DNA of 64,000 nucleotides, from the NCBI GenBank assembly GCA_965206595.1, contig OZ242214.1:5248001-5312000 (forward strand), written 5' to 3'. The translations under genes and the position numbers were made by a program. The DNA is from Candidatus Latescibacterota bacterium (GTDB lineage: Bacteria > Latescibacterota > UBA2968 > UBA8231). The notes under the pieces were generated by a model that worked only from the letters and a program-made list of their open reading frames with translations, was not told where the DNA came from and did no database searches. Positions within the stretch are counted from its first letter, which is position 1; each line of letters opens with the position of its first letter. This document shows positions 39,141 through 49,547 of the stretch, piece by piece.

Positions 39141-41217
39141 GATCCGGGCCTGGGGGCGCCAGCTCATGCTGCTGGCCGCCCTTGCCCCTGCTGCTGCCGC
39201 CGCCGACGAACCCGCGGCCACCCCGGACCCGCCAGCCTACACCGCCGGCGAGGTGGTCGTCACGGGGTCGCGCTACACCCTTCCGGAACGGGGAGGGATG
39301 GTGACCCGGTGGCCGATGGCGCTGCGCGACACCCCGGCCTCGGTCGCTGTGGTGCCGGGGGCGCTCGTCGCGGCGCAGCACCGCGAGGTTCTCGGCGAGG
39401 CGCTGGCAAACGTCAGCGGCGTCAACGTGCAGAGCGGCTTCGGGGTCTCCGACTACTTCGTCGTGCGCGGCTTCGACTCGCTGTCGAGCGGCATGGTCCT
39501 CTACGATGGCGCCGTCGAGCCGGAGGTCAGCTTCTACCCGATGTACAACGTCTCCCGCATCGAGGTCCTGAAAGGCCCGGGTGCCTTCCTGTACGGAGGT
39601 AAGCCGCTTTCGGGCGCCGTGAACGTCGTCCGCAGAAAACCGGTCTTCGGCGGCGGCCCGTTCGCCGTTCTCGGGGGCAGCTACGGCAGCCATGGCAGCT
39701 ACCGGACGACCGCCGACGCCGGCTGGAGACGGGGAGAGCGGGTGGCCCTGCGGGTCAATGCCATGGGGCGCGGCTCGGACAACTACCGCGAGGACAAGGG
39801 GTACTCCGAGTGGGCGATCAACCCGGCCGCTGCGGTCCGTTTCCGCGACCGCGCCGTCATCGAGGCAAGCGCCGAGTACATCGCCAACGACTACAGCCCG
39901 GACTCCGGGCTGCCCCTGCTCGGCGAAGACCTGGCACCGGTGCCGCGCACGCGCTCGTACCAGGCACCCGGCGACTTCTCCGAGCAGGCGATCCTGCGCC
40001 TGCGGCTCGACGGCGAGGTGAAGCTGTCGGACCGCATGACTCTGCGGGACAAGCTCTATTTCACCAACTTCGAGTGGCCGTCGGCCGGCACCCTGCTCAA
40101 CGGCGTCCTTCCCGGCGAGGACGGCTCCCTGAGAGTGTTGCGCACGCAGCTGTCGCTCGACGACCGCCAGCGCTTCTTCGGCAACCAGCTCGAGGCAGTA
40201 ATGGAACGCGGCAGGCACAGACTGCTTGCCGGCCTCGAGGTGGCGCGACTGACCGACGATTTCACCCTCGATGCGGTGCTGCTGTCAATGATCGATCTCC
40301 ACAGTCCGGTCGAGCCGGGAGGGGGCGGGTTTTCGGTTCAGTCGCAAGCCGCCGAAGCCCGCGCCACCGTCCTCGCCCCGTACGTCGCCGCCCAATGGCC
40401 AATCACCGGGAGTCTCGAATCGATAGCAGGCCTCCGCTTCGACCGCATCGGCTACGAAGAGGAGATCTCGGCGAGCGAGCGCAGTTACGGCAAGCTCAGT
40501 CCCTTCCTCGGCGCCACCTGGTCGGCGACGGAAGATCTGCGGCTGTACGCCAGCGCCGGCAGGGCTTTCGCCCCTCCTTCCACCCAGGTAACCGGCGAGC
40601 GCGAGGCCGAGGAGAGCAGGCAGCTCGAAGCCGGTGCGCGCCGGCAGTGGCTGCAGGGTAGGGTGCGGGCTTCGGCCGCCGCCTACCTGCTCCAGAAGGA
40701 GAACATCGCCATCCCCGACGGGACCGGGATCGTGAAGGAGAACGGCGCCCAGCGCTCCCGGGGGATCGAGCTCGAGGTGGCCGCGCAGCCGTCCCGGCGC
40801 TGGTATTTCCTCGCTGCCTACGCCTTCGCCGCCGCCGAGCTGACGGCCTTTACCGAGCTCGTGCCGACATTCACCGGCGAGTACGTCTTCGCCGACCGTG
40901 CCGGCAATGTTCCCGCCTTCGCGCCTGCGCATATCCTGAACCTCTGGAGCTCCGCCCGCACCGTGCTCGGCATCGAGGCCGCCCTCGGCGCGCGCTTCGT
41001 CAGCGGCCAGTACATCGCCCCGGACAACGGCTACCGGATCGACCCCGCCCTCACCGTCGACGCTGCCCTGGGGTATCGCGTCGGGGGCGCCCGCATTCGC
41101 CTGCACCTGCGCAATCTGACCGGCGCCGAGTACGAGACGCGCGGCTTCGGCGGCACTGCCGTCATTCCGGGGGATCCGGCTTCCTTCTACTCGAGCCTGG
41201 AGTGGGCCATCCAGTGA
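39124..41217 (+). CDS. TonB-dependent receptor (siderophore-receptor-like)
   Basis: Signal peptide, EVVVTG TonB-box-like segment, DTPASVAVV, VRGF, IEVLKGPGAFLYG...GAVNVV plug and a beta-barrel with NL. Confidence 0.92.
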   Translation: MRATPEIRAWGRQLMLLAALAPAAAAADEPAATPDPPAYTAGEVVVTGSRYTLPERGGMVTRWPMALRDTPASVAVVPGALVAAQHREVLGEALANVSGVNVQSGFGVSDYFVVRGFDSLSSGMVLYDGAVEPEVSFYPMYNVSRIEVLKGPGAFLYGGKPLSGAVNVVRRKPVFGGGPFAVLGGSYGSHGSYRTTADAGWRRGERVALRVNAMGRGSDNYREDKGYSEWAINPAAAVRFRDRAVIEASAEYIANDYSPDSGLPLLGEDLAPVPRTRSYQAPGDFSEQAILRLRLDGEVKLSDRMTLRDKLYFTNFEWPSAGTLLNGVLPGEDGSLRVLRTQLSLDDRQRFFGNQLEAVMERGRHRLLAGLEVARLTDDFTLDAVLLSMIDLHSPVEPGGGGFSVQSQAAEARATVLAPYVAAQWPITGSLESIAGLRFDRIGYEEEISASERSYGKLSPFLGATWSATEDLRLYASAGRAFAPPSTQVTGEREAEESRQLEAGARRQWLQGRVRASAAAYLLQKENIAIPDGTGIVKENGAQRSRGIELEVAAQPSRRWYFLAAYAFAAAELTAFTELVPTFTGEYVFADRAGNVPAFAPAHILNLWSSARTVLGIEAALGARFVSGQYIAPDNGYRIDPALTVDAALGYRVGGARIRLHLRNLTGAEYETRGFGGTAVIPGDPASFYSSLEWAIQ

Positions 41218-42503
41218 GGGCGGCGGCCCCGGCGGCAGGGTGCGGCGGGATCAGCGCCGGCCAGCTCGCCAGGCTCAGGGAGCTGCTCGGGCCGGTTCTG
41301 GAGCGGAACCGGTTCTACCGCCGCAAGCTGGACGCCGCAGGCCTCGGGAACGGCGGCGACGTGGGCACGGCCGCGGATTATGCGCGGCTACCTTTCACCA
41401 CCAAGGACGAGCTGTCTGTCGACCAGACCGCCCACCCTCCGTACGGCACCAACCTCACTTTCGACCGCGACCGCTACACCCGCCTGCACCTGACCTCGGG
41501 CACCACCGGCGAGCGCCTGCGCTGGCTCGATACCGCCGAGAGCTGGGACTGGTGGGGCCGCTGCTGGGGGGAGGTGTACGCCGGCGCCGGGGTGCGGCCC
41601 GGCGACCGCATCTTCTTCGCCTTCTCGTTCGGGCCCTTCATCGGCTTCTGGAGCGCCTGGGAAGGGGCCCGCCGCCTCGGGTCGCTGGCGATACCGGGAG
41701 GCGGCATGAGCTCCGAGCAGCGGATTGAGGCGATCGCCGCCAACGAGGCGACGGTGCTGGTCTGTACTCCGACCTACGCCCTGCACCTCGCCGAGGTGGC
41801 CGGGGATCTCGGCGTGGACCTGTCCTCGGGAAGCGTCGCCGTCACCATCCACGCCGGGGAACCGGGTGCCGGCCTGCCCGCCACCAGGGCCCGTATCGGG
41901 GCGGCCTGGGGCGCCCGCTGTTTCGACCACGCCGGAGCCACCGAGGTCGGCGCCTGGGGGTTCGAGTGCGGCGAACGGAGCGGGATGCACCTCAACGAGA
42001 AGGAGTTCATCTTCGAGGTTCTGGCCCCCGGCGGCAGCGAGCCTGTCGCCGAAGGGGAGCTGGTCGTCACCAATCTCGGCCGCGCCGGGATGCCGGTGAT
42101 CCGCTACCGCACCGGAGACCTGGTGCGCCTCGCCGGGGACGGCCCCTGCCGGTGCGGCCGCCCGGGCAGACGGCTGCAGGGGGGTGTGATCGGCCGTCTC
42201 GACGACGCCCTGCTGATTCGCGGTACCAACGTCTACCCCAGCGCCATCGAGAACGTCGTGCGCCGTTTTCCGCAAGTGACGGAGTTCGCCGTCGACGTGC
42301 GCCGCCGCCGCGCCCTCGACGAGCTCGAGGTCCGGGTGGAGCTGGATGCCCCGGATCCCCCCGGTCTCGAGTCGGAGCTGGCGCAGGCCCTGCACAGCGG
42401 CCTCGGCCTGCGCGCCGCGGTCGCCGCGGTTCCCGCAGGCACCCTGCCGCGCTTCGAACTCAAGGCGCGGCGCGTCACCGATCACCGCGCGAACGATGGC
42501 TGA
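41214..42503 (+). CDS. Phenylacetate-CoA ligase (PaaK)-family adenylating enzyme
   Basis: LPFTTKDEL, TSGTTG, TPTYALHL, AGEPG, GATE, GELVVTNL, IRYRTGD, GRLDD...RGTNVYP and terminal KARRVTD. Confidence 0.9.
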   Translation: MRAAAPAAGCGGISAGQLARLRELLGPVLERNRFYRRKLDAAGLGNGGDVGTAADYARLPFTTKDELSVDQTAHPPYGTNLTFDRDRYTRLHLTSGTTGERLRWLDTAESWDWWGRCWGEVYAGAGVRPGDRIFFAFSFGPFIGFWSAWEGARRLGSLAIPGGGMSSEQRIEAIAANEATVLVCTPTYALHLAEVAGDLGVDLSSGSVAVTIHAGEPGAGLPATRARIGAAWGARCFDHAGATEVGAWGFECGERSGMHLNEKEFIFEVLAPGGSEPVAEGELVVTNLGRAGMPVIRYRTGDLVRLAGDGPCRCGRPGRRLQGGVIGRLDDALLIRGTNVYPSAIENVVRRFPQVTEFAVDVRRRRALDELEVRVELDAPDPPGLESELAQALHSGLGLRAAVAAVPAGTLPRFELKARRVTDHRANDG

Positions 42504-43749
42504 TCCGGGCTACGACGTCGTCGTCGGCGGCGGGGGACCGGCCGGCGCCACCGTCGCTGCGCTGGTGGCGCAAAAAGGCCACCGCGTGCTCCTGCTCGAG
42601 CGCGAGACCACCTCGCAGTTTCAGGTCGGCGAGTCCCTGATGCCGGGAACCTGGGCGACCTTCGACCGCCTCGGCATGCTCGACAGGCTCAGGGAGAGCG
42701 CCTTTCCCCGGAAGTACAGCGTCCAGTTCTACGGCCGCTCAGGGCGCGCCTCGGCCCCCTTCTACTTCTTCGAGAACAACGACCACGAGAGCGCCGTCAC
42801 CTGGCAGGTGCTGCGCAGCGAGTTCGACCGGCTGATGCTGGAGAACGCGCGCGAAAAAGGGGCCGAGGTGAGGGAAGGGGTGCCGGTGCGGGAGGTGGTC
42901 TTCGAGGGGCAGCGCGCTACCGGCGTAGTCGCCGGGATGCCGGACGGAACCCGGAAGCAGATCCGCGGGCGAGTCATCGTCGACGCCACCGGCCAGAGCG
43001 CCCTGATCGCCCGGCGGCTCAAGCTGAAAAGCGACGAGCCTGAGCTGAAGAAGGCCTCGATCTACACCCATTTCGAGGGGGGCATCCGCGACGCGGGGAT
43101 CGACGAGGGAGCTACTCTGATTCTGCACACCAGCAACCAGGACTCCTGGTTCTGGTACATCCCCCTGCCGGAGAATCGCGTCAGCGTCGGGGTGGTCGGC
43201 TCGCTCGACTACCTGCTGCGGGACCGCGCCGACGGGGGGGCGCAACGGGTTTTCGACGCCGAGCTGGCGCTCTGCGAGCCGCTGCAGGAACGGCTGCGCC
43301 CCGCCCGCCAGCTGTTCCCCGTAAAGGTCACCAGGGACTTTTCCTACCGCGCCGACCGCATCTCCGGGGACGGCTGGGTGCTGGTCGGGGACGCCTTCGG
43401 CTTCATCGACCCGATCTACTCCTCCGGCCTCTTCTTCGCCCTGAAATCGGGGGAGATGGCGGCCGACGCCATCTGCGAGGGATTGGACAACGGCGATCTG
43501 TCGGCGCAGCAGCTCGGCAAGTTCGGGCCCGGGTTCATCACCGGCATGGAGGCGGTGCGCAAGCTGGTCTATGCTTTCTACACCCGGGAATTCAGCTTCT
43601 CCGAGTTCCTTCAGCGCTACCCGGAGTGCAAGCAGGGCATCGTCGACATCCTCAGCGGCGAGGTGTACAAGGAGGGGGTGCTCGACGTATTCGGGCCGAT
43701 GTCGGAGATGGTCGACCTGCCTGCGGACAAGATGTTGCATTTAGACTAA
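42496..43749 (+). CDS. Flavin-dependent halogenase-like oxidoreductase
   Basis: GGGPAG, GESLMP, FPRK (candidate catalytic Lys), VLRSEFD..ML, DATG, WFWYIP (WxWxIP) and GDAFGFIDPIYSSG motifs. Confidence 0.8.
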   Translation: MADPGYDVVVGGGGPAGATVAALVAQKGHRVLLLERETTSQFQVGESLMPGTWATFDRLGMLDRLRESAFPRKYSVQFYGRSGRASAPFYFFENNDHESAVTWQVLRSEFDRLMLENAREKGAEVREGVPVREVVFEGQRATGVVAGMPDGTRKQIRGRVIVDATGQSALIARRLKLKSDEPELKKASIYTHFEGGIRDAGIDEGATLILHTSNQDSWFWYIPLPENRVSVGVVGSLDYLLRDRADGGAQRVFDAELALCEPLQERLRPARQLFPVKVTRDFSYRADRISGDGWVLVGDAFGFIDPIYSSGLFFALKSGEMAADAICEGLDNGDLSAQQLGKFGPGFITGMEAVRKLVYAFYTREFSFSEFLQRYPECKQGIVDILSGEVYKEGVLDVFGPMSEMVDLPADKMLHLD

Positions 43750-43908
43750 GCCCAAAATAGAGTGTCCTCCGAGGTGCGAACTTCCTCGGATAAGCCAGTC
43801 CAGTGTGGCAACCCGGGATAAAATGGTGGCAGATTTCGAGGCGACAGCTGTTGGATTGGGCTCGAAAAGAGTCAGGTTAGCGTTAGCCATATAGAGGAGA
43901 TTGCCGAG

Positions 43909-44761
43909 ATGAACAATCCTGTCCCAAAACGTAAAGACCTTATAAATCCAACACTTGCCGCCATCCGTACGTTGGGCGGTAGCGCATCTGTTGGTGAGAT
44001 AGACAATCAGGTTATTGAATTCTTGTTTTTGTCTAGTGACATAATAGACATTCCTCATGGAGATGGAAGTAAATCAGAACTCCATTACAGGTTGGCTTGG
44101 GCAAGAACAGACCTTAAGAGATTCGGATTGATTGACAACTCAGAACGCGGTGTTTGGTCCTTGACCTCCGCTGGACAAAACACTGCCACGGTTGACCCGG
44201 ATGAAGTCATCAGAGCCGGTTCTAAGCGGGCCAAAAATAGAATTGAACTGGAGACGCAAACTGATGAAGAAGATTTGGAGGGGGGAACATACGATTCGGC
44301 ATCATGGCGAGAGGATTTGTTGAAGGTCCTTCAGAATATAGCTCCTGACGCATTTGAGCGGTTGTGCCAAAGGCTACTTCGGGAATCTGGCTTTATTGAG
44401 GTTGAGGTAACGGGCAGGTCTGGTGACGGTGGAATTGATGGGCACGGAATCATTCGCCTTGCTGGATTGATCTCTTTCCCCGTGCTGTTTCAATGCAAGC
44501 GTCATAGAAACAGCGTTGGCGCCAGCGTAGTCAGAGACTTTCGTGGCGCAATGATAGGCCGTTCCGAGAAGGGCGTCATTTTGACCACTGGCACTTTCAC
44601 CAGAGATGCCCAAAAAGAAGCCACAAGAGATGGTGCTCCTCCGATTCGACTTGATAGACGGGGAATCGTTGATCGACAGAATAAAGGAAACCAAACTCGG
44701 AGTGAATGCACGCCAGGTAGAAGAGGTTACTCTGGACTATGAATTCTTTAAGTCCATTTAG
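43909..44761 (+). CDS. mrr: Mrr-family (type IV) restriction endonuclease with a frameshift near 44647
   Basis: Mrr_N (RLAWARTDLK..GLIDNSERGVWSLT) and catalytic FE...GDGGIDG...QCKR...RDFRGA. Removing one base restores PIDLIDG...FFKSI* ending at 44761. Visibly AT-richer than its flanks. Confidence 0.85.
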
Positions 44762-44808
44762 TATTTGGAGCTCTCTGAGTTGGATAGTATAGTCGACATC
44801 CTTTCTCT

Positions 44809-45950
44809 GGGTGTAGCCTCCATTTTACGCATTTCTTAACAAGAGTGGGACCCCAATTCCGGGGACGAGTTGTACTTTTGGGTATATGCACTTACGCCCA
44901 AAAACCGGAAAGGGGTCCCGGATGGAAGATACGCACGATTGGAGCGCTCGCCTGACCAACCTGCAGGAAAATGTCCGGCAGTGGGAACATCGCCTGCAGT
45001 CCGGGCAAGCAGGACCGGATGCCTTTCGCCAGATGCTGGGGAAGTTTCGATCGTGTTTGGACGACATCGGTCGAAGCGGTTTCCAACGCTTGGCTCAAGC
45101 TTGTGAATTGGACGACGACACCGTGGTACACCAGGGGAAGGTGTACCGATTCAAGCAGGTGGTCGACAAGGAGTGGATGACCCTGTGGGGCAAGGTTGTG
45201 GTGGCGCGGCGGCTGTATCAGCCCGATCGCGGCGGACCGAGCCGGGTGCCTTTGGATGAGCGCTGCGGCATGGTCAAGCGATTCATGGTGCCGGAACGGG
45301 AGCGCCTGACGGCGTTTCTGGGCGCCGGCATGGTCCCTGCCGAGGTCGAGAACAGCTTGCGTGAATTGCTGCCCGAGCCGCCCTCGCGCACGGCGATTCA
45401 GCAGCTGTTGACCCGGGTCGGACAGTATGCCGAGGACCACGCCGAACAACTCGAGGTGGCCTTGCAAACAGCGGCGCCGCTGGATCCCGAGGGCGACACC
45501 CTGGTGGTCAGTTGGGACGGAGTTACCGTGCCCCTGCGGGAACCGGCACCCAAGCGCGGACGGCCCGCCGAACGACCGATGGACAGCGAAACCGACAGCG
45601 CCCCCACGGCCTGGAAAGAGGCGGGGGTGGGCATGGTCGCCACCTACCTGACGCCGCTGGATCCCGAGGCGGAGGAACCCCAACGCGTCGACGTGCGCTA
45701 TGCCGCCCGTATGCCGGAGGCGAAAATGGAAACTTTGGTCAACGGCCTGGTGAACCAGACGGATCGGGCCCTGCAGCAAGGGAGCTACGAGCACCGGGTG
45801 GTGTTGGCCGACGGCAAGCGCGAGATCTGGCGTACCGTGGATGGGCTCGGGGTGTTCGACGGCTTCACCCGCATACTCGACTTCTACCACGCCGCCCAGC
45901 ATCTGTCGAAGGCCGCCGAGCACCTCTTCGGCAGCCGGCCTTCAGCATGA
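44809..45950 (+). mobile_element. Truncated IS with an ISKra4/UPF0236-like DDE transposase (CDS 44922..45950); left boundary approximate
   Basis: PLDE..G, SWDG, WKEA, ADG...IW and ILDFYHAAQHL motifs. The ORF stops just after the DFYH motif and no right end is seen. Confidence 0.75.
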
Positions 45951-46008
45951 CGCCGTGGCCGGTTCGACCAAGCCATTCCCTGTTTTCCCTTAGCTTTAGG
46001 GGAATCAC

Positions 46009-46236
46009 ATGCGCCTGATCCTCTACATCCTGCTGCTGGTCCTGTACGCCCTCCACAACGATCTCTGGCTGTGGGACGACGGCTCCCTCGTGCTCGGCCT
46101 GCCTGCCGGGTTCCTCTACCACATCGGCTATTGCGTCGCAGCCGCAGGTCTCCTGGTCCTGCTCGTCAACTTCGCCTGGCCCCGGCACCTGTCCGAACCT
46201 GAGGGCGGGGAAGGGCCGGAGGACCCCCGGCCATGA
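46009..46236 (+). CDS. Small 2-TM membrane protein (DUF3311-like), partner of the sodium:solute symporter
   Basis: LH.DLWLW...VLGLP.GF.YH motif. ATGA overlap with the symporter gene. Confidence 0.8.
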   Translation: MRLILYILLLVLYALHNDLWLWDDGSLVLGLPAGFLYHIGYCVAAAGLLVLLVNFAWPRHLSEPEGGEGPEDPRP

Positions 46237-47705
46237 CCATAGGCGTCATCCTCGTTTACCTGTTGCTCGTCCTCTTCGTCGGGGGGCTGAGCCACCGCCT
46301 CTTCCGGGGGACCGGCGAGGACTACTTCGTCGCCAGCCGCACTGTCGGGCCGTTCCTGCTGCTGATGTCGCTGTTCGGCACCAACATGACCGCCTTCGCC
46401 ATCCTTGGGGCCTCGGGCGAAGCCTATCACGAGGGGATCGGGGTGTTCGGGCTGATGGCCTCGGCCTCGGCCCTGGTCATTCCCTGCGTCTTCTTCTTCG
46501 TCGGCACGCGGCTGTGGGCGATCGGCAAGCGCCACGGGTTTCTCACCCAAGTGCAGTACTTCCGCCAGCGTTGGGACAGCGACGGGCTGGGGCTGCTGCT
46601 TTTCGCGGTGCTGATCGCCCTCGTCGTCCCCTACCTGCTGATCGGCGTGATGGGGGGCGGACTGACCCTTCACCAGATCACCAAGGGGCAAGTCCCCGAG
46701 TGGGTCGGGGGGCTGCTGGTCTGCACCGTGGTGATGACCTACGTCTGCTACGGCGGCCTGCGCGGCACCGCCTGGGCAAACGCCTTTCAGACTCTCGTCT
46801 TCATGGTTCTCGGCGGCGTCGCCTTCGCCGTCATCCTCGGGAAACTCGGCGGCCTCGAGGCGGCGATGTCCGCAGTGGCCGCCGCCCATCCCGACCTGAT
46901 GGTCAGGTCGGCGCACATCGAGCCGGCAAAGTGGCTTTCCTACACCTGCATCCCGCTGTCGGTCGGTATGTTCCCGCACATGTTCATGCACTGGCTCACC
47001 GCCCGCAGCGCCAGGACCTTCCGCTACCCGCTGATGTTCTACCCCCTGTGCATCGCCGCGGTCTGGGTTCCGAGCGTGACCCTCGGCATCGCCGGACGCC
47101 TCGACTTTCCCGATCTCGCGGGGCCGGCGGCCAACTCGGTGCTGGTGAAGATGATCGACCTGCACGCCCCCGAGTTGCTGGCCGGGCTGCTGGCCGCCGG
47201 CGTCTTCGCCGCGGTCATGTCCTCCCTCGACTCGCAGGTGCTGTCGATCGGGACCATGTTTACCCAGGACATCGTCCGCCACTACGGCCGCGAGGACAGC
47301 ATGAGCGAGCGCCAGCAGGTGCTCTACGGCCGCCTCTTCGTCTCGGGGGTTCTGGCCGTCACCTTCCTCCTGGCCCAAGTGGCCGACCGCAGCATCTTCA
47401 AGCTCGCGGTCTGGTCGTTCACCGGGTTCGCCTCCCTGTTCCCGGTGGTCCTGGCGGCGCTGTTCTGGCGGCGGAGCACGAAGACGGGCGCCTTCGCCTC
47501 GATCGTCAGCGTCGTCCTGCTCTGGAGCTACTTCTTCGCCCGCGGCTGGGAGACCCCGGGGTACACCGTCGCCGGCAGCGGCGTCATGCCGGTGGCCGTC
47601 ATCCTCGCGGTGTCCGCGGCCGCCATGGTCGCCGGGTCGCTGCTGACGCGTCCGCCCGCGCCAGAGGTGCTGCGGCGCTTCTTCCCGGATGGCGGCGGTT
47701 CGTAG
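46233..47705 (+). CDS. Sodium:solute symporter (SSS) family transporter
   Basis: EDYFVASR, GGLRGTAW...Q and AAVMSSLDSQ motifs; many TM helices. Confidence 0.92.
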   Translation: MTIGVILVYLLLVLFVGGLSHRLFRGTGEDYFVASRTVGPFLLLMSLFGTNMTAFAILGASGEAYHEGIGVFGLMASASALVIPCVFFFVGTRLWAIGKRHGFLTQVQYFRQRWDSDGLGLLLFAVLIALVVPYLLIGVMGGGLTLHQITKGQVPEWVGGLLVCTVVMTYVCYGGLRGTAWANAFQTLVFMVLGGVAFAVILGKLGGLEAAMSAVAAAHPDLMVRSAHIEPAKWLSYTCIPLSVGMFPHMFMHWLTARSARTFRYPLMFYPLCIAAVWVPSVTLGIAGRLDFPDLAGPAANSVLVKMIDLHAPELLAGLLAAGVFAAVMSSLDSQVLSIGTMFTQDIVRHYGREDSMSERQQVLYGRLFVSGVLAVTFLLAQVADRSIFKLAVWSFTGFASLFPVVLAALFWRRSTKTGAFASIVSVVLLWSYFFARGWETPGYTVAGSGVMPVAVILAVSAAAMVAGSLLTRPPAPEVLRRFFPDGGGS

Positions 47706-47741
47706 GGACCGGGGCAGCCGCATGGCTGTTCCCATCCCCCC

Positions 47742-49073
47742 ATGCGCGTAGGCTACATCACCGCCGGGGCCGCGGGCATGTACTGCGGCGCCTGCATCCA
47801 CGACAACACCCTCGCCGCGGCGCTGATGCGCCGGGGGGTCGAGGTCGCCCTGGTGCCGACCTACACCCCGCTGCGCACCGACGAGGTGGACGTCAGCCTG
47901 AAGCAGGTGTTCTACGGTGGCATCGGGGTTTTTCTCGAGCAGAAGCTGCCGCCGTTCAGGCGCATGCCCCGGTTCGTCGACTGGGCCCTCAGGCGTCCCG
48001 CCCTGCTGCAGGGGGTGTCGCGGTTCTCCGCGGCGACGCGGGCCGAGGACCTCGGGGCCCTCACCGTGTCCGTGCTCAAGGGACCGGAGGGCCACCAGCG
48101 ACGCGAGCTCGAACGGCTCCTCGAGTGGCTGCGCACCGATTTCAGGCCGGATATCGTGCTGCTGACCAACAGCCTCTTTCTCGGCCTGGCGGGGAGGCTG
48201 AAGAGCGTCCTCGGGGTCCCGGTGCTGTGCGCGGTGCAGGGGGAGGAGATCTTCCTCGAGGCGCTCGTCGAGCCGTACCGCTCCCAGGCCCTCGGCCTGC
48301 TGCGCGAGCGTGCCGGCGACGCGGACGGTTTCGTCGCCCCCAGCACATACGCCGCCGACTTGATGGCGCAGTACCTCGAGGTCGAGCGCGAGCGCTTCCA
48401 CGTGGTGCCGCTCGGGCTGCACCTCCCCGGACACGGCGCTGGGGAAGCGGCGGCACCCCCTTCCGCGGAGACGCCGTTCACCATCGGGTTCCTGGCGCGG
48501 ATTTGCCCGGACAAGGGGCTGCACGTGCTCGCCGAGGGGTTCGCGCGCCTCGCTGAAGAGAGAGGTACAGAGGCGGTGAGGCTGCTGGCTGCCGGGTGGC
48601 TCGGCGCCGGCGACCGCTCCTACCTGAGGAAGGTCGAGGAAACGCTGCGGCGGGCAGGACTTGCGGCGCGCTTCGAGTACCGGGGGGAGCTGGATCGGAT
48701 GCAGAAGATCCGTTTCCTGCGGGAGCTCCACGTGCTCTCGGTGCCTGCCCCGTTCAAAGAGCCGAAGGGACTCTACGTCCTCGAGGCGCTGGCCAACGGC
48801 GTCCCGGTCGTCCAGCCGGATCACGGCGCTTTTCCGGAGCTGATCGCCGCTACAGGCGGCGGCCTTCTCGCCGCCGGGGCCACGGCGGCAGCGGTCGCGG
48901 CCGGCATCGGGAGGCTGATCGACGACGAGGCCCTGCGGCAGCGGCTCGCCGCCCGCGGTCGGGAGGCGGTTCGCGAGCGTTTCAACGACGACGTCATGGC
49001 CGCCGAGACCCACGCCCTGCTCGAGCGCTTCGTTCCATCCCGCCCGTCCACTTACAAAGAGGAAATCCCATGA
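47742..49073 (+). CDS. Glycosyltransferase family 4 (GT-B)
   Basis: GFLARICPDKGL, EPKGLYVLEALANGVPVV...GAFPE, and an unusual N-terminal MYCGAC motif. Confidence 0.9.
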   Translation: MRVGYITAGAAGMYCGACIHDNTLAAALMRRGVEVALVPTYTPLRTDEVDVSLKQVFYGGIGVFLEQKLPPFRRMPRFVDWALRRPALLQGVSRFSAATRAEDLGALTVSVLKGPEGHQRRELERLLEWLRTDFRPDIVLLTNSLFLGLAGRLKSVLGVPVLCAVQGEEIFLEALVEPYRSQALGLLRERAGDADGFVAPSTYAADLMAQYLEVERERFHVVPLGLHLPGHGAGEAAAPPSAETPFTIGFLARICPDKGLHVLAEGFARLAEERGTEAVRLLAAGWLGAGDRSYLRKVEETLRRAGLAARFEYRGELDRMQKIRFLRELHVLSVPAPFKEPKGLYVLEALANGVPVVQPDHGAFPELIAATGGGLLAAGATAAAVAAGIGRLIDDEALRQRLAARGREAVRERFNDDVMAAETHALLERFVPSRPSTYKEEIP

Positions 49074-49540
49074 CCTGGTTGCTGTTCGCCTTCATCACCG
49101 TGGCCTCCTGGGGGCTGTATGGCCTCCTGCTGCACAGTGGACAGACGGCGATGGCCGATTCCGTCAACGGGCGCTACAAGGCGTTCCTTTTCGTCGGCGT
49201 CGCCTATCTACTGACCGCCGTCCTCGGCTCCCTGCTGGTGCTCAAGATCAACGGCGTCGACTGGGGTTTCCCGGTCAAGGGGGTCGTCTTGTCGATTGTA
49301 GCCGGCACCGCCGGCGCCCTCGGGGCCTTCGGGGTGCTGCTCGCCTTCGGGGCCAAGGGATCGCCGGCGGTGGTGATGGCGATCGTGTTCGCCGGGGCCC
49401 CGGTCGTCAACGCCGTTGCCGCGATGGTCGTGCATCCGCCCGCGGGCGGCCTGGGCGCGCTCAGCTGGCCGTTCCTGCTCGGGATCGCCATGGCCGCAGG
49501 CGGCGGCTGCCTGGTCACCCTGTTCAGGCCGGGTTCGTAG
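49070..49540 (+). CDS. Small multi-TM protein, EamA/DMT-like
   Basis: SWGLYG, about five hydrophobic helices, GA.GA.G and P.VNA. ATGA coupling. Confidence 0.75.
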   Translation: MTWLLFAFITVASWGLYGLLLHSGQTAMADSVNGRYKAFLFVGVAYLLTAVLGSLLVLKINGVDWGFPVKGVVLSIVAGTAGALGAFGVLLAFGAKGSPAVVMAIVFAGAPVVNAVAAMVVHPPAGGLGALSWPFLLGIAMAAGGGCLVTLFRPGS

Positions 49541-49547
49541 GCAGGCC

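Noticed and set aside
32977-43749. Phenazine biosynthesis or phenylacetate catabolism cluster
   Set aside because: No phz core genes and no paaABCDE/paaZ genes are in the window.
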